64,000 nucleotides of DNA from positions 551,159 through 615,158 of the forward strand of contig CAWBPM010000002.1 in the NCBI GenBank assembly GCA_963790825.1. The letters run 5' to 3'. This DNA is from Candidatus Levyibacteriota bacterium. GTDB taxonomy: Bacteria; Patescibacteriota; Microgenomatia; Levybacterales; UBA12049. How positions within the stretch are numbered: the first letter of the stretch is position 1; every line of letters begins with the position of its first letter. Shown here piece after piece: positions 1 through 8,216 of the stretch. The notes under the pieces are model-generated. The model was not told the DNA's origin. It searched no databases and saw only the letters and a program-made list of their open reading frames with translations. A program made the translations under genes and the position numbers.

Positions 1-918
1 CTCTACAAGGTAAGCATAACAACCGGCGAGCTTCTCTGGTCGAAATCCTACGACGCCATCGATTTCCTCTACGCTGCCGATAATAAGAATGCATATCTCA
101 TGGTTGACGAAGGTAGTAACCAAAATCTAGTAGCTATTGACGGATCTTCAGGAAATGAGAAATGGAAAATAGATATTTCAGCCTATAAATTGACCGGGTA
201 TGCTGTAACCAACTCCAGCACATTATTTATTCAAGACCAAGGCAAACAAATTTATGCCTACGACAAAAGCACAGGAAATCTACGCTGGACGTACCCGACA
301 AATTCATTTCTAATTTCAGAATCCTTTTTCGCCAATGACTCTATCCTCTACCTCGGCATTGAGCAAACTGACCAAGACCCAACCGAGCAAATGCAAATTG
401 ATGCGCTAAGTACTAAGACAGGGACACTACTTTGGCAAAAAAGCAGTTTCGCAGAAGGTACCATTGATACGAACTCGTTTGTCGTATCAGCCAAAAAAAT
501 ATATTATCCAAGCGGTAATGATTTCGACATAGCCAATGCATATACCGGACAAGTAACGCAAGTCGCTTCCCTCCACGCAAAAGCCCTAGCCCCCATCTTA
601 TCTGATAACGGCAAAGTCGTTTATTTTACTGCCGGAAATTATCTATACGCCCTTTCAACGACTGACAATATCATTCTTTGGAAAACCTCATCCGCAGCAG
701 AAAGCCTGCAACTGGCAACCGATACTTCAATCGTGTCCACAGTATTTCATTCCACCTGCTTCATGTGTATCGATACGGCTGCTGATTATATACAAATTTC
801 AGATGCAGGAAGTGGCAAATTAGTCTACCAGGGACAAAGCCCGGTAGAAGGAATCATACACGATGACAAAGACTCATTTTACTTCACTCAAAACGGTCAG
901 TTTTTCGTCAGTAAATAA
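1..918 (+). CDS. PQQ-like/BamB-type beta-propeller repeat protein (5' partial)
   Basis: Repeated 'A.D..tG..lW' blades (AIDGSSGNEKW, AYDKSTGNLRW, ALSTKTGTLLW); frame is open from position 1 (LYKVSITTGELLW...). Confidence 0.8.
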   Translation, partial: LYKVSITTGELLWSKSYDAIDFLYAADNKNAYLMVDEGSNQNLVAIDGSSGNEKWKIDISAYKLTGYAVTNSSTLFIQDQGKQIYAYDKSTGNLRWTYPTNSFLISESFFANDSILYLGIEQTDQDPTEQMQIDALSTKTGTLLWQKSSFAEGTIDTNSFVVSAKKIYYPSGNDFDIANAYTGQVTQVASLHAKALAPILSDNGKVVYFTAGNYLYALSTTDNIILWKTSSAAESLQLATDTSIVSTVFHSTCFMCIDTAADYIQISDAGSGKLVYQGQSPVEGIIHDDKDSFYFTQNGQFFVSK

Positions 919-930
919 TAACTACATGGA

Positions 931-1218
931 TTAGTTCTTCTTTCCCTTCTCCCCTGTCTGGATTTGACCTTCAGACATTGCCAAGAGTCTTCCGAATTCC
1001 GCAAGCAATTTTTTCGCGTGAACTCTGCTCATCCCGATCCTAGCCACGATTCGCAATTGGTTAAAAGGATAGAGTACTTGTCCGACGTTGAGAACGATTC
1101 CGTCCTCGTTGGTAGTCATTTGAATATTATCGGTATACAGAATTGGTGTCGTGTCCAGATTGACACTCACTCCTATCCCCTGTTGTTTTGCTTCTTCTTT
1201 ATTTTCATCCGCCATCAC
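931..1218 (-). CDS. DUF3467-like small protein
   Basis: PILYTDNI...IVLNVGQ...IVARIGMSRVHAKKL pattern; strong SD AGGAGGGGGTGA upstream. Confidence 0.7.
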   Translation of the reverse strand: MMADENKEEAKQQGIGVSVNLDTTPILYTDNIQMTTNEDGIVLNVGQVLYPFNQLRIVARIGMSRVHAKKLLAEFGRLLAMSEGQIQTGEKGKKN

Positions 1219-1309
1219 ATTTCACCCCCTCCTTGTATAAAAATCAAAAATACACAAACCATTATAACGGTTTAGTGTGTGGAATAGTTTGAATAGATGG
1301 AAAAGACCG

Positions 1310-1368
1310 GTCATTCTGGAGCGAAGCGATAGAATCTCTTCGTCATTCCCGCGCAGGCGGGAATCCAG
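1310..1368. repeat. Two tandem GTCAT-tagged REP-like palindromes
   Basis: 1310-1336 GTCATTCTGGAGCGAAGCGATAGAATC is identical to 61173-61199; 1342-1368 GTCATTCCCGCGCAGGCGGGAATCCAG differs by 1 nt from the reverse complement of 62790-62816. Confidence 0.9.
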
Positions 1369-1388
1369 AATCCGTCGGGATAAGGAAG

Positions 1389-1688
1389 TTATTTATTTTC
1401 TGGAGATGAATTTTGTCGGTCTGATTCTCGCTGTGGTCTGGCCCATAATTCCCAATCTCCATAAGGATTATGCATTCTGGAAACAACCATACCGGCTTCT
1501 GTTAATGCTGCTTCCTTTGCATTCATTGCGTCATATTGATGCATATAAGCTGCCTCGGAAGCAGGGAGTATAAACCATATACCTCCGCCACTCGCCCTTA
1601 AAGTTGCCACATCGGCTCTATATTGCGCTTCAAACCTTTCTCGAGATCCTATTACAAAAGGATCTCCAGGTAAATACTCTTTACTCAT
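1389..1688 (-). CDS. Hypothetical protein (start revised to MSKEY)
   Basis: TATAAT lies 6 nt upstream of the ATG at 1688. Confidence 0.6.
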   Translation of the reverse strand: MSKEYLPGDPFVIGSRERFEAQYRADVATLRASGGGIWFILPASEAAYMHQYDAMNAKEAALTEAGMVVSRMHNPYGDWELWARPQRESDRQNSSPENK

Positions 1689-1802
1689 ATCGCGATTATA
1701 GTACATCTTATAATAGTAGTCAGACAACCCTCCCCGCAACAATTTCACACAAATTAGTTTTTCTTCCCCTTTTTATTTTCTCTTTGTAGTATATTCGTAT
1801 AA

Positions 1803-1849
1803 CGCCGCCGGACGGGATTTGCACCCGCTCCTTCCCTGTTTCCCAGGGG
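1803..1849 (-). other. Degenerate tRNA-like 3' half (hairpin, T-arm-like stem, acceptor-like tail)
   Basis: Minus strand CCCT-GGGAAAC-AGGG, then GCGGG-TGCAAAT-CCCGT-CCGGCGGC; no matching 5' acceptor strand or D-arm found. Confidence 0.3.
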
Positions 1850-2053
1850 TTTATTTTTAGTTCCCGCCCTGAACGCAGCAGCGTAAAAAAATGCTGGAGC
1901 GAACTATCAGGGGGAATCCGACGAATTGCCGGAGGGGGTGATATAACCCGATCAGTTCGCGAAAGCATTTTAGCTGACCGTTCACTGGCAAGAGAGCTTT
2001 GGTACTTTCTCTCCGGAAAGTACAAGAAAGAAAATAGTAAAAAACTTGAGGTA

Positions 2054-2134
2054 TTTATTTTTTACGCGGGGTAGCATTTTAGTTCTAAATATCGGCTGGT
2101 TTCTTTTTTAGCTAAAGTTCTGCCCAGAATTCTA
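2054..2134 (-). pseudogene. Diverged copy of the 3' end of the orphan gene at 8217-8621
   Basis: Ungapped match to 8209-8289 with 7 mismatches in 81 nt; encodes RILGRTLAKKETSRYLELKCYPA* versus RILDRTLVKKETSRYLELKSYPA*. Confidence 0.9.
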
Positions 2135-2144
2135 AGATTTACTT

Positions 2145-2315
2145 CTACATCTTCAACATTTCAAATACTTTATAGATTAAGAGTGCCGGCCAGACAATCG
2201 CTTTTAAAATGCCAAATGCTCCTATCCAAAATGTCGTTGCGTGCTGGATAAAATATACAGCTGCACCAATCAAACCCAGACCATATACCGCACCCCCTGC
2301 ACCATTATTCTTCAC
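2145..2315 (-). CDS. Small membrane protein (56 aa, not in ORF track)
   Basis: MKNNGAGGAVYGLGLIGAAVYFIQHATTFWIGAFGILKAIVWPALLIYKVFEMLKM; GTG start with GAGGAGGT SD. Confidence 0.8.
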   Translation of the reverse strand: MKNNGAGGAVYGLGLIGAAVYFIQHATTFWIGAFGILKAIVWPALLIYKVFEMLKM

Positions 2316-2473
2316 GTAAGTTACCTCCTCCTAACCATTTTTATTATAAATGTAACAGAAATGCAATGACAAGAATTACTTGGACACAAATCAAGTTGGC
2401 TATGTGAGTATATTGAAGAACTCAGCTTGATATTCATAAAATTTATAGTTATACTTTTAATTGAAACTCATCC

Positions 2474-3040
2474 ATGAAAACTAAAGTAAAGATAGCTGTT
2501 CCCCCAGGAAAACCTCCCCACAGGTCTCTCGTTCTATATGACATGATTTTACCCATGTTATTTTTTGAAGTTTTCTATGTATTCTTGGCGTTTATACCAA
2601 TAGTAATAATAGAAACTGCCATTATCTCATTCGTTCTGAAAGAAAAGTTTACTAAACTCGTTTTAGTAGTTGCCCTCGCAAACTTTATCACGACAATAGT
2701 GGGTTATGTAGTACAAGGATTTGCACGCTTTTCACTTCTGGCAATTCCAGGATATTATTCTCCAGATAATCCTATTCTCCAGGGTATTTCTGGGAACGTG
2801 GGTGCTAATTATTACGAGTATAAAAAGGGCTTACCGCTTGAGGTGATGGTTGAGTTTATTACCAGCTTCGTTATATGCTTTTTCCTTTCGGTTTATGTTG
2901 AAAATATAATTGTACGAAAATTCATTCAAGATCCGCAAAAAAAGAAAAAGGTATATTCAGCTGTGTTTTTGGCGAATTTGGCTTCTTATGCTTTATTGTT
3001 TGTTTGGTTAATCTGGAATTATCTTAGTTTTCAAAAATAG
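2474..3040 (+). CDS. Multi-pass membrane protein
   Basis: Four hydrophobic segments with a repeated 'iE...AN..(T/S)' pattern. Confidence 0.7.
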   Translation: MKTKVKIAVPPGKPPHRSLVLYDMILPMLFFEVFYVFLAFIPIVIIETAIISFVLKEKFTKLVLVVALANFITTIVGYVVQGFARFSLLAIPGYYSPDNPILQGISGNVGANYYEYKKGLPLEVMVEFITSFVICFFLSVYVENIIVRKFIQDPQKKKKVYSAVFLANLASYALLFVWLIWNYLSFQK

Positions 3041-3165
3041 TCTCCATACAGATCTGGATTGAGAAATTCAAAGCGTTAAGTTATTTTCTAATCTCGATTT
3101 CGTTCCTTCGCGCAATACTGCTACCTTCGAGATGTACCAGATCTGCTACCGGATTTTCTAATGAG

Positions 3166-3372
3166 TTAGGTAGTTTGTATGGAGAATGTTGTTTTTTGCG
3201 GATCAAATGCTGTTATGTTTTTCTTCACATCTAATATCTCAATCCCTAAAACTTTTCTATTTTTATCTTCATCCACTAAAATGACATCAGAAATTTTACG
3301 CGTATCATCATATTTACCTGTTGCCAACTTGATATACATTGTATCAACCTTGGAATCATATCGTATTTTCAT
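3166..3372 (-). CDS. DUF2283 family protein
   Basis: MKIRYDSKVDTMYIKL...ILVDEDKNRKVLGIEILD signature. Confidence 0.85.
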   Translation of the reverse strand: MKIRYDSKVDTMYIKLATGKYDDTRKISDVILVDEDKNRKVLGIEILDVKKNITAFDPQKTTFSIQTT

Positions 3373-3431
3373 ATTATTTTTTCTTAAATTCTGATGAAAT
3401 TATAGCACAGATTTTAGATTTACGGTTTTTT

Positions 3432-3773
3432 CTAAAGAGGAATTGCGTCACCATCCTTCCAGCATGTCTTGTTCGTCATAACCCGATGTGTATTCGGATT
3501 AACTTGCAAAGGCCCTGCCTGCACGCATGAATAATTCGCGGGACAATCACTCGTAACTTGACAACTTACTGTTCCATCACGAGTAGAAGGAGCTGCGGGA
3601 AGCGGCGTTATGCTATAAGGAATATTATTAGTTTGCTGCATTTCGGTCATATCAATTGTTTGCTGATAATGCATGCCGATAAAAAAAGCACAGACCGGAA
3701 ATATAATAAACATTGAGAGCGCGAGAGTTTTCGAAACCGCAGTAACAGTTGTGAGTTCTTTTGGCAATTTCAT
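3432..3773 (-). CDS. Membrane-anchored protein with small Cys-rich C-terminal domain
   Basis: LTTVTAVSKTLALSMFIIFP anchor; C-x4-DCP-x3-C...C motif. Confidence 0.7.
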   Translation of the reverse strand: MKLPKELTTVTAVSKTLALSMFIIFPVCAFFIGMHYQQTIDMTEMQQTNNIPYSITPLPAAPSTRDGTVSCQVTSDCPANYSCVQAGPLQVNPNTHRVMTNKTCWKDGDAIPL

Positions 3774-3865
3774 ATCTTTAGTATTTCAAAAAGAAGAATT
3801 ATTTGCAACTTAAACAAATTCCTACTCTTATATTCTTGAGAATATTAGAATATATGTACGGATTT

Positions 3866-3962
3866 TGGACTTATTATTTTTTCATTTCCTGCAAATAGAT
3901 ATGTGCTCCTTTTTGTTGTAAACGCTCGTTTTTCCCGAGGACTTCTTCTTGTAAACTCTGCC
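3866..3962 (-). pseudogene. Diverged copy of the purE 3' end
   Basis: Ungapped match to 6079-6175 with 11 mismatches in 97 nt; encodes RQSLQEEVLGKNERLQQKGAHIYLQEMKK* versus RQNLRDEVLAKNERLQQKGAHIYLQEMKK*. Confidence 0.92.
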
Positions 3963-4073
3963 GGATGGCGGGCGGGGTCTGTGCTCTCTCTCCTCCCCGT
4001 GCGGATTTTCTTTTTAGATTTATGAGGTACTGTTCAAAAGTTCTGGGATCAATATAATAAAGAACTCTGAAGT

Positions 4074-4539
4074 TTAGAAACTGGGATTTGAATCGTAGAA
4101 GTTTTGTCTGGATTCGTTTCTTTTTTCTGCAAGCTTTTTTATTCCTCGATCATACCCTAACCACAAAAGTGCTCCTCCCATATATGCGACAAAAATCCCA
4201 AACATCAAATGTACCCGGCATAATATGATACTGCTGCATAACTTCCCAAACGCCGTTCGCCCACAGTTGCATGGCCATCGGCAGTATAACATGAGACTCT
4301 TTAGAAACGATTCGTCCGTAAAGCGCTGTTTGCGCAGCACTACCGACTAAATCTGCTGAATGACCAGTCATAAAGTTAGTAGGAATCGAGGTACTATGAT
4401 CTATATTCATGCCTACCAGCACACCAAGCGTTCCCAAAGTTGCCACAGTCAGAAAACTTCTCGCTGGACTATCGTTGTGTGCATCTATAGCCTCTGTCGT
4501 GCGTACTACTATTTCATTAAGCTTATTAAGAGTTTCCAT
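4074..4539 (-). pseudogene. Membrane protein gene broken by a +1 frameshift
   Basis: Removing one base from the A5 run at 4191-4195 fuses ...GTFDVWDF to VAYMGGALLWLGYDRG..., restoring a GTFD.wD..AY..G motif. Confidence 0.7.
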
Positions 4540-4741
4540 AAAATTATTATAATACTATAAGGTATTAGAGTCAAATCAAGAAGATAATGGTAATACGGGC
4601 CTAAAACTAGCAAAATATCACTACTCTGTGCTTAAATTTCCCTTCCCCCTATACGGTTACCGCCGATCGCCGGGTGATTTGGCTCTAAGAAAAAAACAAT
4701 AGAGGGTATGCAACTTTTAATGATACCTGCCGACGCCGGAA

Positions 4742-5386
4742 TTAACGCATCTTAAAAGATACGTTTTCAGGATGGATTTCTTTCGCATTCATGAGACTTT
4801 TTAAAATCCAGACAGCAGTTTCCAAACTAGCTATTTGGTCTCTTTCTAGCATACTCATAAGTACACTTTCAGGTTTCCTATTGTCATAAAATGCCCCCTC
4901 GTAACCACTTGACCATGAAAGCATATCAACATTAAGATGTCCACTTTCAGTAAAAGATCTCACTTCTCCTGTTCCAAAACCTGATTTTAGAACAGGACAG
5001 TAAACAGTCATTCCTATACCGGGGAGATCAGCCGTTCTAGTGCAGTCCGATGTGAATTCGCCGATAAAACTTGATCCTTTTGGAGGATAGACCTCCCAGA
5101 CGTGACTTGGAGGAGAATATTCGCCATCATCGAAGTCTTCCTCCATAAAATTATGATTTACGTGAAGTTCCGATGTTCCTTTTGCAAGCCGGGAAAGTTG
5201 GTCGGAAACACTGCGACCTTTTAAAGTAATCGATTGGTCATCAAATTGCGGCGTAATAACATGCCAAGTTCTAAATTTTTGTGCTGGAAAAACAACTGAA
5301 AGAATTTCTGACGTTTTTTCTAGTTCGGTAGCTAATTGTATCTGTTTTACGATGTTATCTGGTAATCGAGGTTCCCCTTCCGACAT
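4742..5386 (-). CDS. Hypothetical protein (start revised to MSEGEP)
   Basis: Long ORF; TATAAT 6 nt upstream of the ATG at 5386. Confidence 0.7.
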   Translation of the reverse strand: MSEGEPRLPDNIVKQIQLATELEKTSEILSVVFPAQKFRTWHVITPQFDDQSITLKGRSVSDQLSRLAKGTSELHVNHNFMEEDFDDGEYSPPSHVWEVYPPKGSSFIGEFTSDCTRTADLPGIGMTVYCPVLKSGFGTGEVRSFTESGHLNVDMLSWSSGYEGAFYDNRKPESVLMSMLERDQIASLETAVWILKSLMNAKEIHPENVSFKMR

Positions 5387-5561
5387 ACCAGCATTATACA
5401 AATCCCTACCGTTTCTTTCCAATATCAAAATAATCCTTAGTTCCCATACTTAATTTTTCTTGCTCCGATTATAGTACGGATTTATTTTAAAATTTATTTT
5501 ATACTAATTATTCTAGTTTCTCATCATATTTGAAATTGAAAGCAAACGCCGCACAGTACTA

Positions 5562-5597
5562 ATTACCAATAACCATCAACCAATAACTAATAACTAT
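5562..5597. repeat. Heptamer tandem repeat (AATAACY type)
   Basis: AATTACC AATAACC ATCAACC AATAACT AATAACT; related tract at 58771-58796. Confidence 0.65.
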
Positions 5598-5691
5598 TTC
5601 TGTGAGTACAAAATCAAAGTACGTATAAAAATTGCTCGTGGAACGTACAGTAATTGACATCTGTTTATAGCTCTGCAATACTAAGCATAAG

Positions 5692-6003
5692 ATGAGAATT
5701 GCCAAGCTGGTACTCTTAAGTCTCTTTACTTTTTTGCTATTTGTCACTTCGTTTTTTTTCGTCTCTATCCGTTTATATTCAATATTTGAAAATGCTATCC
5801 TGCATTCTTACCGTACTTATTTATTTCTATACTACTTGGTAAGCTTTTTAATAAGCATCATATTGCCACTGTCTTTTTTGGTATCATTGTATATATTCCG
5901 GAAGAACAAAGACTTCGTAAATGCTCTCTATATAGTTGCAGCGATTATTATCATTTTCTTTTTCATTTGTCTTTTACTGAATTCATTACTAAGTGGAATG
6001 TAG
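5692..6003 (+). CDS. Small three-TM membrane protein
   Basis: Three hydrophobic helices. Confidence 0.55.
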   Translation: MRIAKLVLLSLFTFLLFVTSFFFVSIRLYSIFENAILHSYRTYLFLYYLVSFLISIILPLSFLVSLYIFRKNKDFVNALYIVAAIIIIFFFICLLLNSLLSGM

Positions 6004-6086
6004 TACCTCGATAGTATAATCTATTGTTTAACCACCCAGAAAATAAAATTCAAATAAAACTTGTAAGATTGGTATTTGTGGACTTG

Positions 6087-6653
6087 TTATTTTTTCATTT
6101 CCTGCAAATAGATATGTGCGCCTTTTTGCTGTAAGCGTTCGTTTTTCGCAAGGACTTCATCGCGTAAATTCTGCCTGTATTGTCCGAGTCTCTGAAACAA
6201 TTCCGGATCTTCTCCTGCCAAAATTTGGGCCGCAAAAAGTCCCGCGTTCTTCGCTCCGTTAATTGCCATAACTGCGACGGGAACACCGGGAGGCATTTGC
6301 ACTTCCGAAAGTAATGAATCCAATCCGTCCAAACGTTTGCCTTGTACCGGAATGCCGATTACCGGCACGAGCGTTTCAGCCGCTGTTACTCCCGGCAGAT
6401 GAGCCGCTCCCCCTGCTCCCGCAATAATAACTTTCAAGCCTCTTTCTTTTGCAGTTTTTGCATATTCGATCATCGCGTCCGGTGTCCGGTGAGCAGAAAG
6501 GATATCCAGAGAATACGGCACACCAAGTTTTTCCAGTACATCCACCGCTTCAATCATTACCCCAAGGTCCGAATCTGACCCCATGATAATACCGACCTTC
6601 GGTTTCTCCCGTGGTTCCTGTTCAACAGCAATTTTTTCTTTTTCATTTAGCAT
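6087..6653 (-). CDS. purE: N5-carboxyaminoimidazole ribonucleotide mutase
   Basis: VGIIMGSDSD, SAHRTP, AGAGGAAHLPG, VQMPPGVPVA motifs. Confidence 0.98.
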   Translation of the reverse strand: MLNEKEKIAVEQEPREKPKVGIIMGSDSDLGVMIEAVDVLEKLGVPYSLDILSAHRTPDAMIEYAKTAKERGLKVIIAGAGGAAHLPGVTAAETLVPVIGIPVQGKRLDGLDSLLSEVQMPPGVPVAVMAINGAKNAGLFAAQILAGEDPELFQRLGQYRQNLRDEVLAKNERLQQKGAHIYLQEMKK

Positions 6654-6705
6654 ATTTCTACCTCGGATGTTATTCAGGGTAGATTATAGCAATACGTGTA
6701 AAGAA

Positions 6706-7419
6706 ATGAAACCAGATCAAGAGGTCAAGGTGTTACCTGCAAATCACACCATCAATAAAAAAGCCTATTTTCTTATTGTTGTGGTGATATTGATTGTAAT
6801 TGGCGTTGGGAGTTATTATCTCTCTCAAAAAAGATCTTCTAGTCCAGCTGTTATTGCTCGACAAACACCAAACGTCGTACAATCCCCAACTCTCACCTCT
6901 GACCCAACAACAAGCTGGAATATCTATACAAATAAATTATTAGGATTTCACTTTAAATATCCTCCTTCATGGGCAAAAGACGATCTATCTAAAGCAATAG
7001 ACGTAGATTTCAGAAATGGTAGTAAGGGATATGTTTGCGTTAAGCATCCGGAAGGTCTTCCCTATGACTGTCAGATAATGATGTATTTACAAAAGAACAG
7101 CATTGAGCAAGTCATAAAAACTGAACCTAAAAATATGGGATTAACAGAAGTTGACGGAGATTTTGGAGGCGGCCGGTTTTATCCGGCAACTACAGAGATA
7201 TTCCCCATCATTATTGACGGGAAAAAAGGTTATAAAATAAAAGGGACTCTCCACCTCCCCAATGGGAAATTTTCATCCGGTAAACCCATTTATCAAGACC
7301 ATATTAGCTACAATATCCTTATCCCCTTAAATGGTAATACCTTGGATTTTACAGGTGTTACAAACGACACCGAAATAAATCAAATCCTCTCTACTTTCAA
7401 ATTCACTTCTCCATTTTGA
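6706..7419 (+). CDS. Membrane-anchored PsbP-related exported protein
   Basis: TM helix, PT linker, W..YTNKLLGFHFKYPPSW and C-terminal QILSTFKF; start revised to MKPDQ. Confidence 0.7.
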   Translation: MKPDQEVKVLPANHTINKKAYFLIVVVILIVIGVGSYYLSQKRSSSPAVIARQTPNVVQSPTLTSDPTTSWNIYTNKLLGFHFKYPPSWAKDDLSKAIDVDFRNGSKGYVCVKHPEGLPYDCQIMMYLQKNSIEQVIKTEPKNMGLTEVDGDFGGGRFYPATTEIFPIIIDGKKGYKIKGTLHLPNGKFSSGKPIYQDHISYNILIPLNGNTLDFTGVTNDTEINQILSTFKFTSPF

Positions 7420-7466
7420 TAACTCAACTCCCTGGATATATAATAAGACTCTTAACTTCAATACAT

Positions 7467-8141
7467 ATGCTGGAGAAATACAGCAACGGGATACATGCGA
7501 ATGTCTATAAACTTAGTGAAAGATCCGATAAGTGGGCTTATCCATTTGCGGATTTAGCACGAGTGGACAGGACATATGACAGAAGCTACTCAGCCAGACT
7601 ATATTATGAACATAAAATTGCCTCTCTTTTGTTCCCGGGTCATTTTATCGATGTTGTAGCGACAAAAGTCGTCCCGCATGGTGAGCCTTTTTTTACAGAT
7701 CTAAGAATTGGTAAAACAGTTCTTAAAATACCCGGAGAGAGAACATATACGCTTTTTAGTAAGCAAGCAGATGTTCCAGAGAGACATGCTGTTTATTCTT
7801 CGCATATGATTGTAGACCATGATGACGGCGAGCGATTGGTAAAAGAGTCTGTCTGTACATGCAGTCAATGTGACCAGCACAGAAAATTTCATTATTCTCA
7901 CGTATTAAAAGATTTAGCCGAAGCATTTGCTAAGCAAACGGATAAAGCAGGAATAAAGATTCCTTCTTCTGATCCGAGCGATTATTGTCTCGGTAGAAGC
8001 GGAATTATATTTTTTGAAATTGATAACCTTGATACGAAGAAATTAAGAGAATTTCTTGCTGTTACAAATAATAAAGACATGGAAGAAAAAGCTATTCACT
8101 ATCTTAAGAGATATGAAGAAGTGTCTGCCGCTTCCGCATAG
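7467..8141 (+). CDS. Hypothetical protein, possible atypical protein-kinase-like fold
   Basis: GIHANVYKL, HKIASLLFPGHF, D..D...IIFFEID; CxCxxC..H insert; TTGATA-17-TATAAT promoter at 7416-7444. Confidence 0.4.
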   Translation: MLEKYSNGIHANVYKLSERSDKWAYPFADLARVDRTYDRSYSARLYYEHKIASLLFPGHFIDVVATKVVPHGEPFFTDLRIGKTVLKIPGERTYTLFSKQADVPERHAVYSSHMIVDHDDGERLVKESVCTCSQCDQHRKFHYSHVLKDLAEAFAKQTDKAGIKIPSSDPSDYCLGRSGIIFFEIDNLDTKKLREFLAVTNNKDMEEKAIHYLKRYEEVSAASA

Positions 8142-8216
8142 TTGCCACCTTCTAATGAAATAGAACCGCCGTCTTTCGCACCGGATCATTTTTCCCGTGA
8201 AGAATCAATTATTTTT

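Noticed and set aside
1277-1573. ORFs 1277-1573, 61152-61349 and 61171-61404 (the first two share VILERSDRI)
   Set aside because: The shared peptide is only the translation of the REP palindrome, and the ORFs run antisense into better-supported genes.
1805-1845. Cobalamin riboswitch, SRP RNA or tmRNA (AGGGAA...GGTGCAAATCC)
   Set aside because: The downstream CCCGCnACTGT and B12 box, the SRP helix-8 motif and the tmRNA acceptor ends are all missing.
1720-2025. 101-aa minus-strand ORF
   Set aside because: It spans the hairpin-rich tRNA-like region, has no convincing start signals and shows no protein-like motifs.
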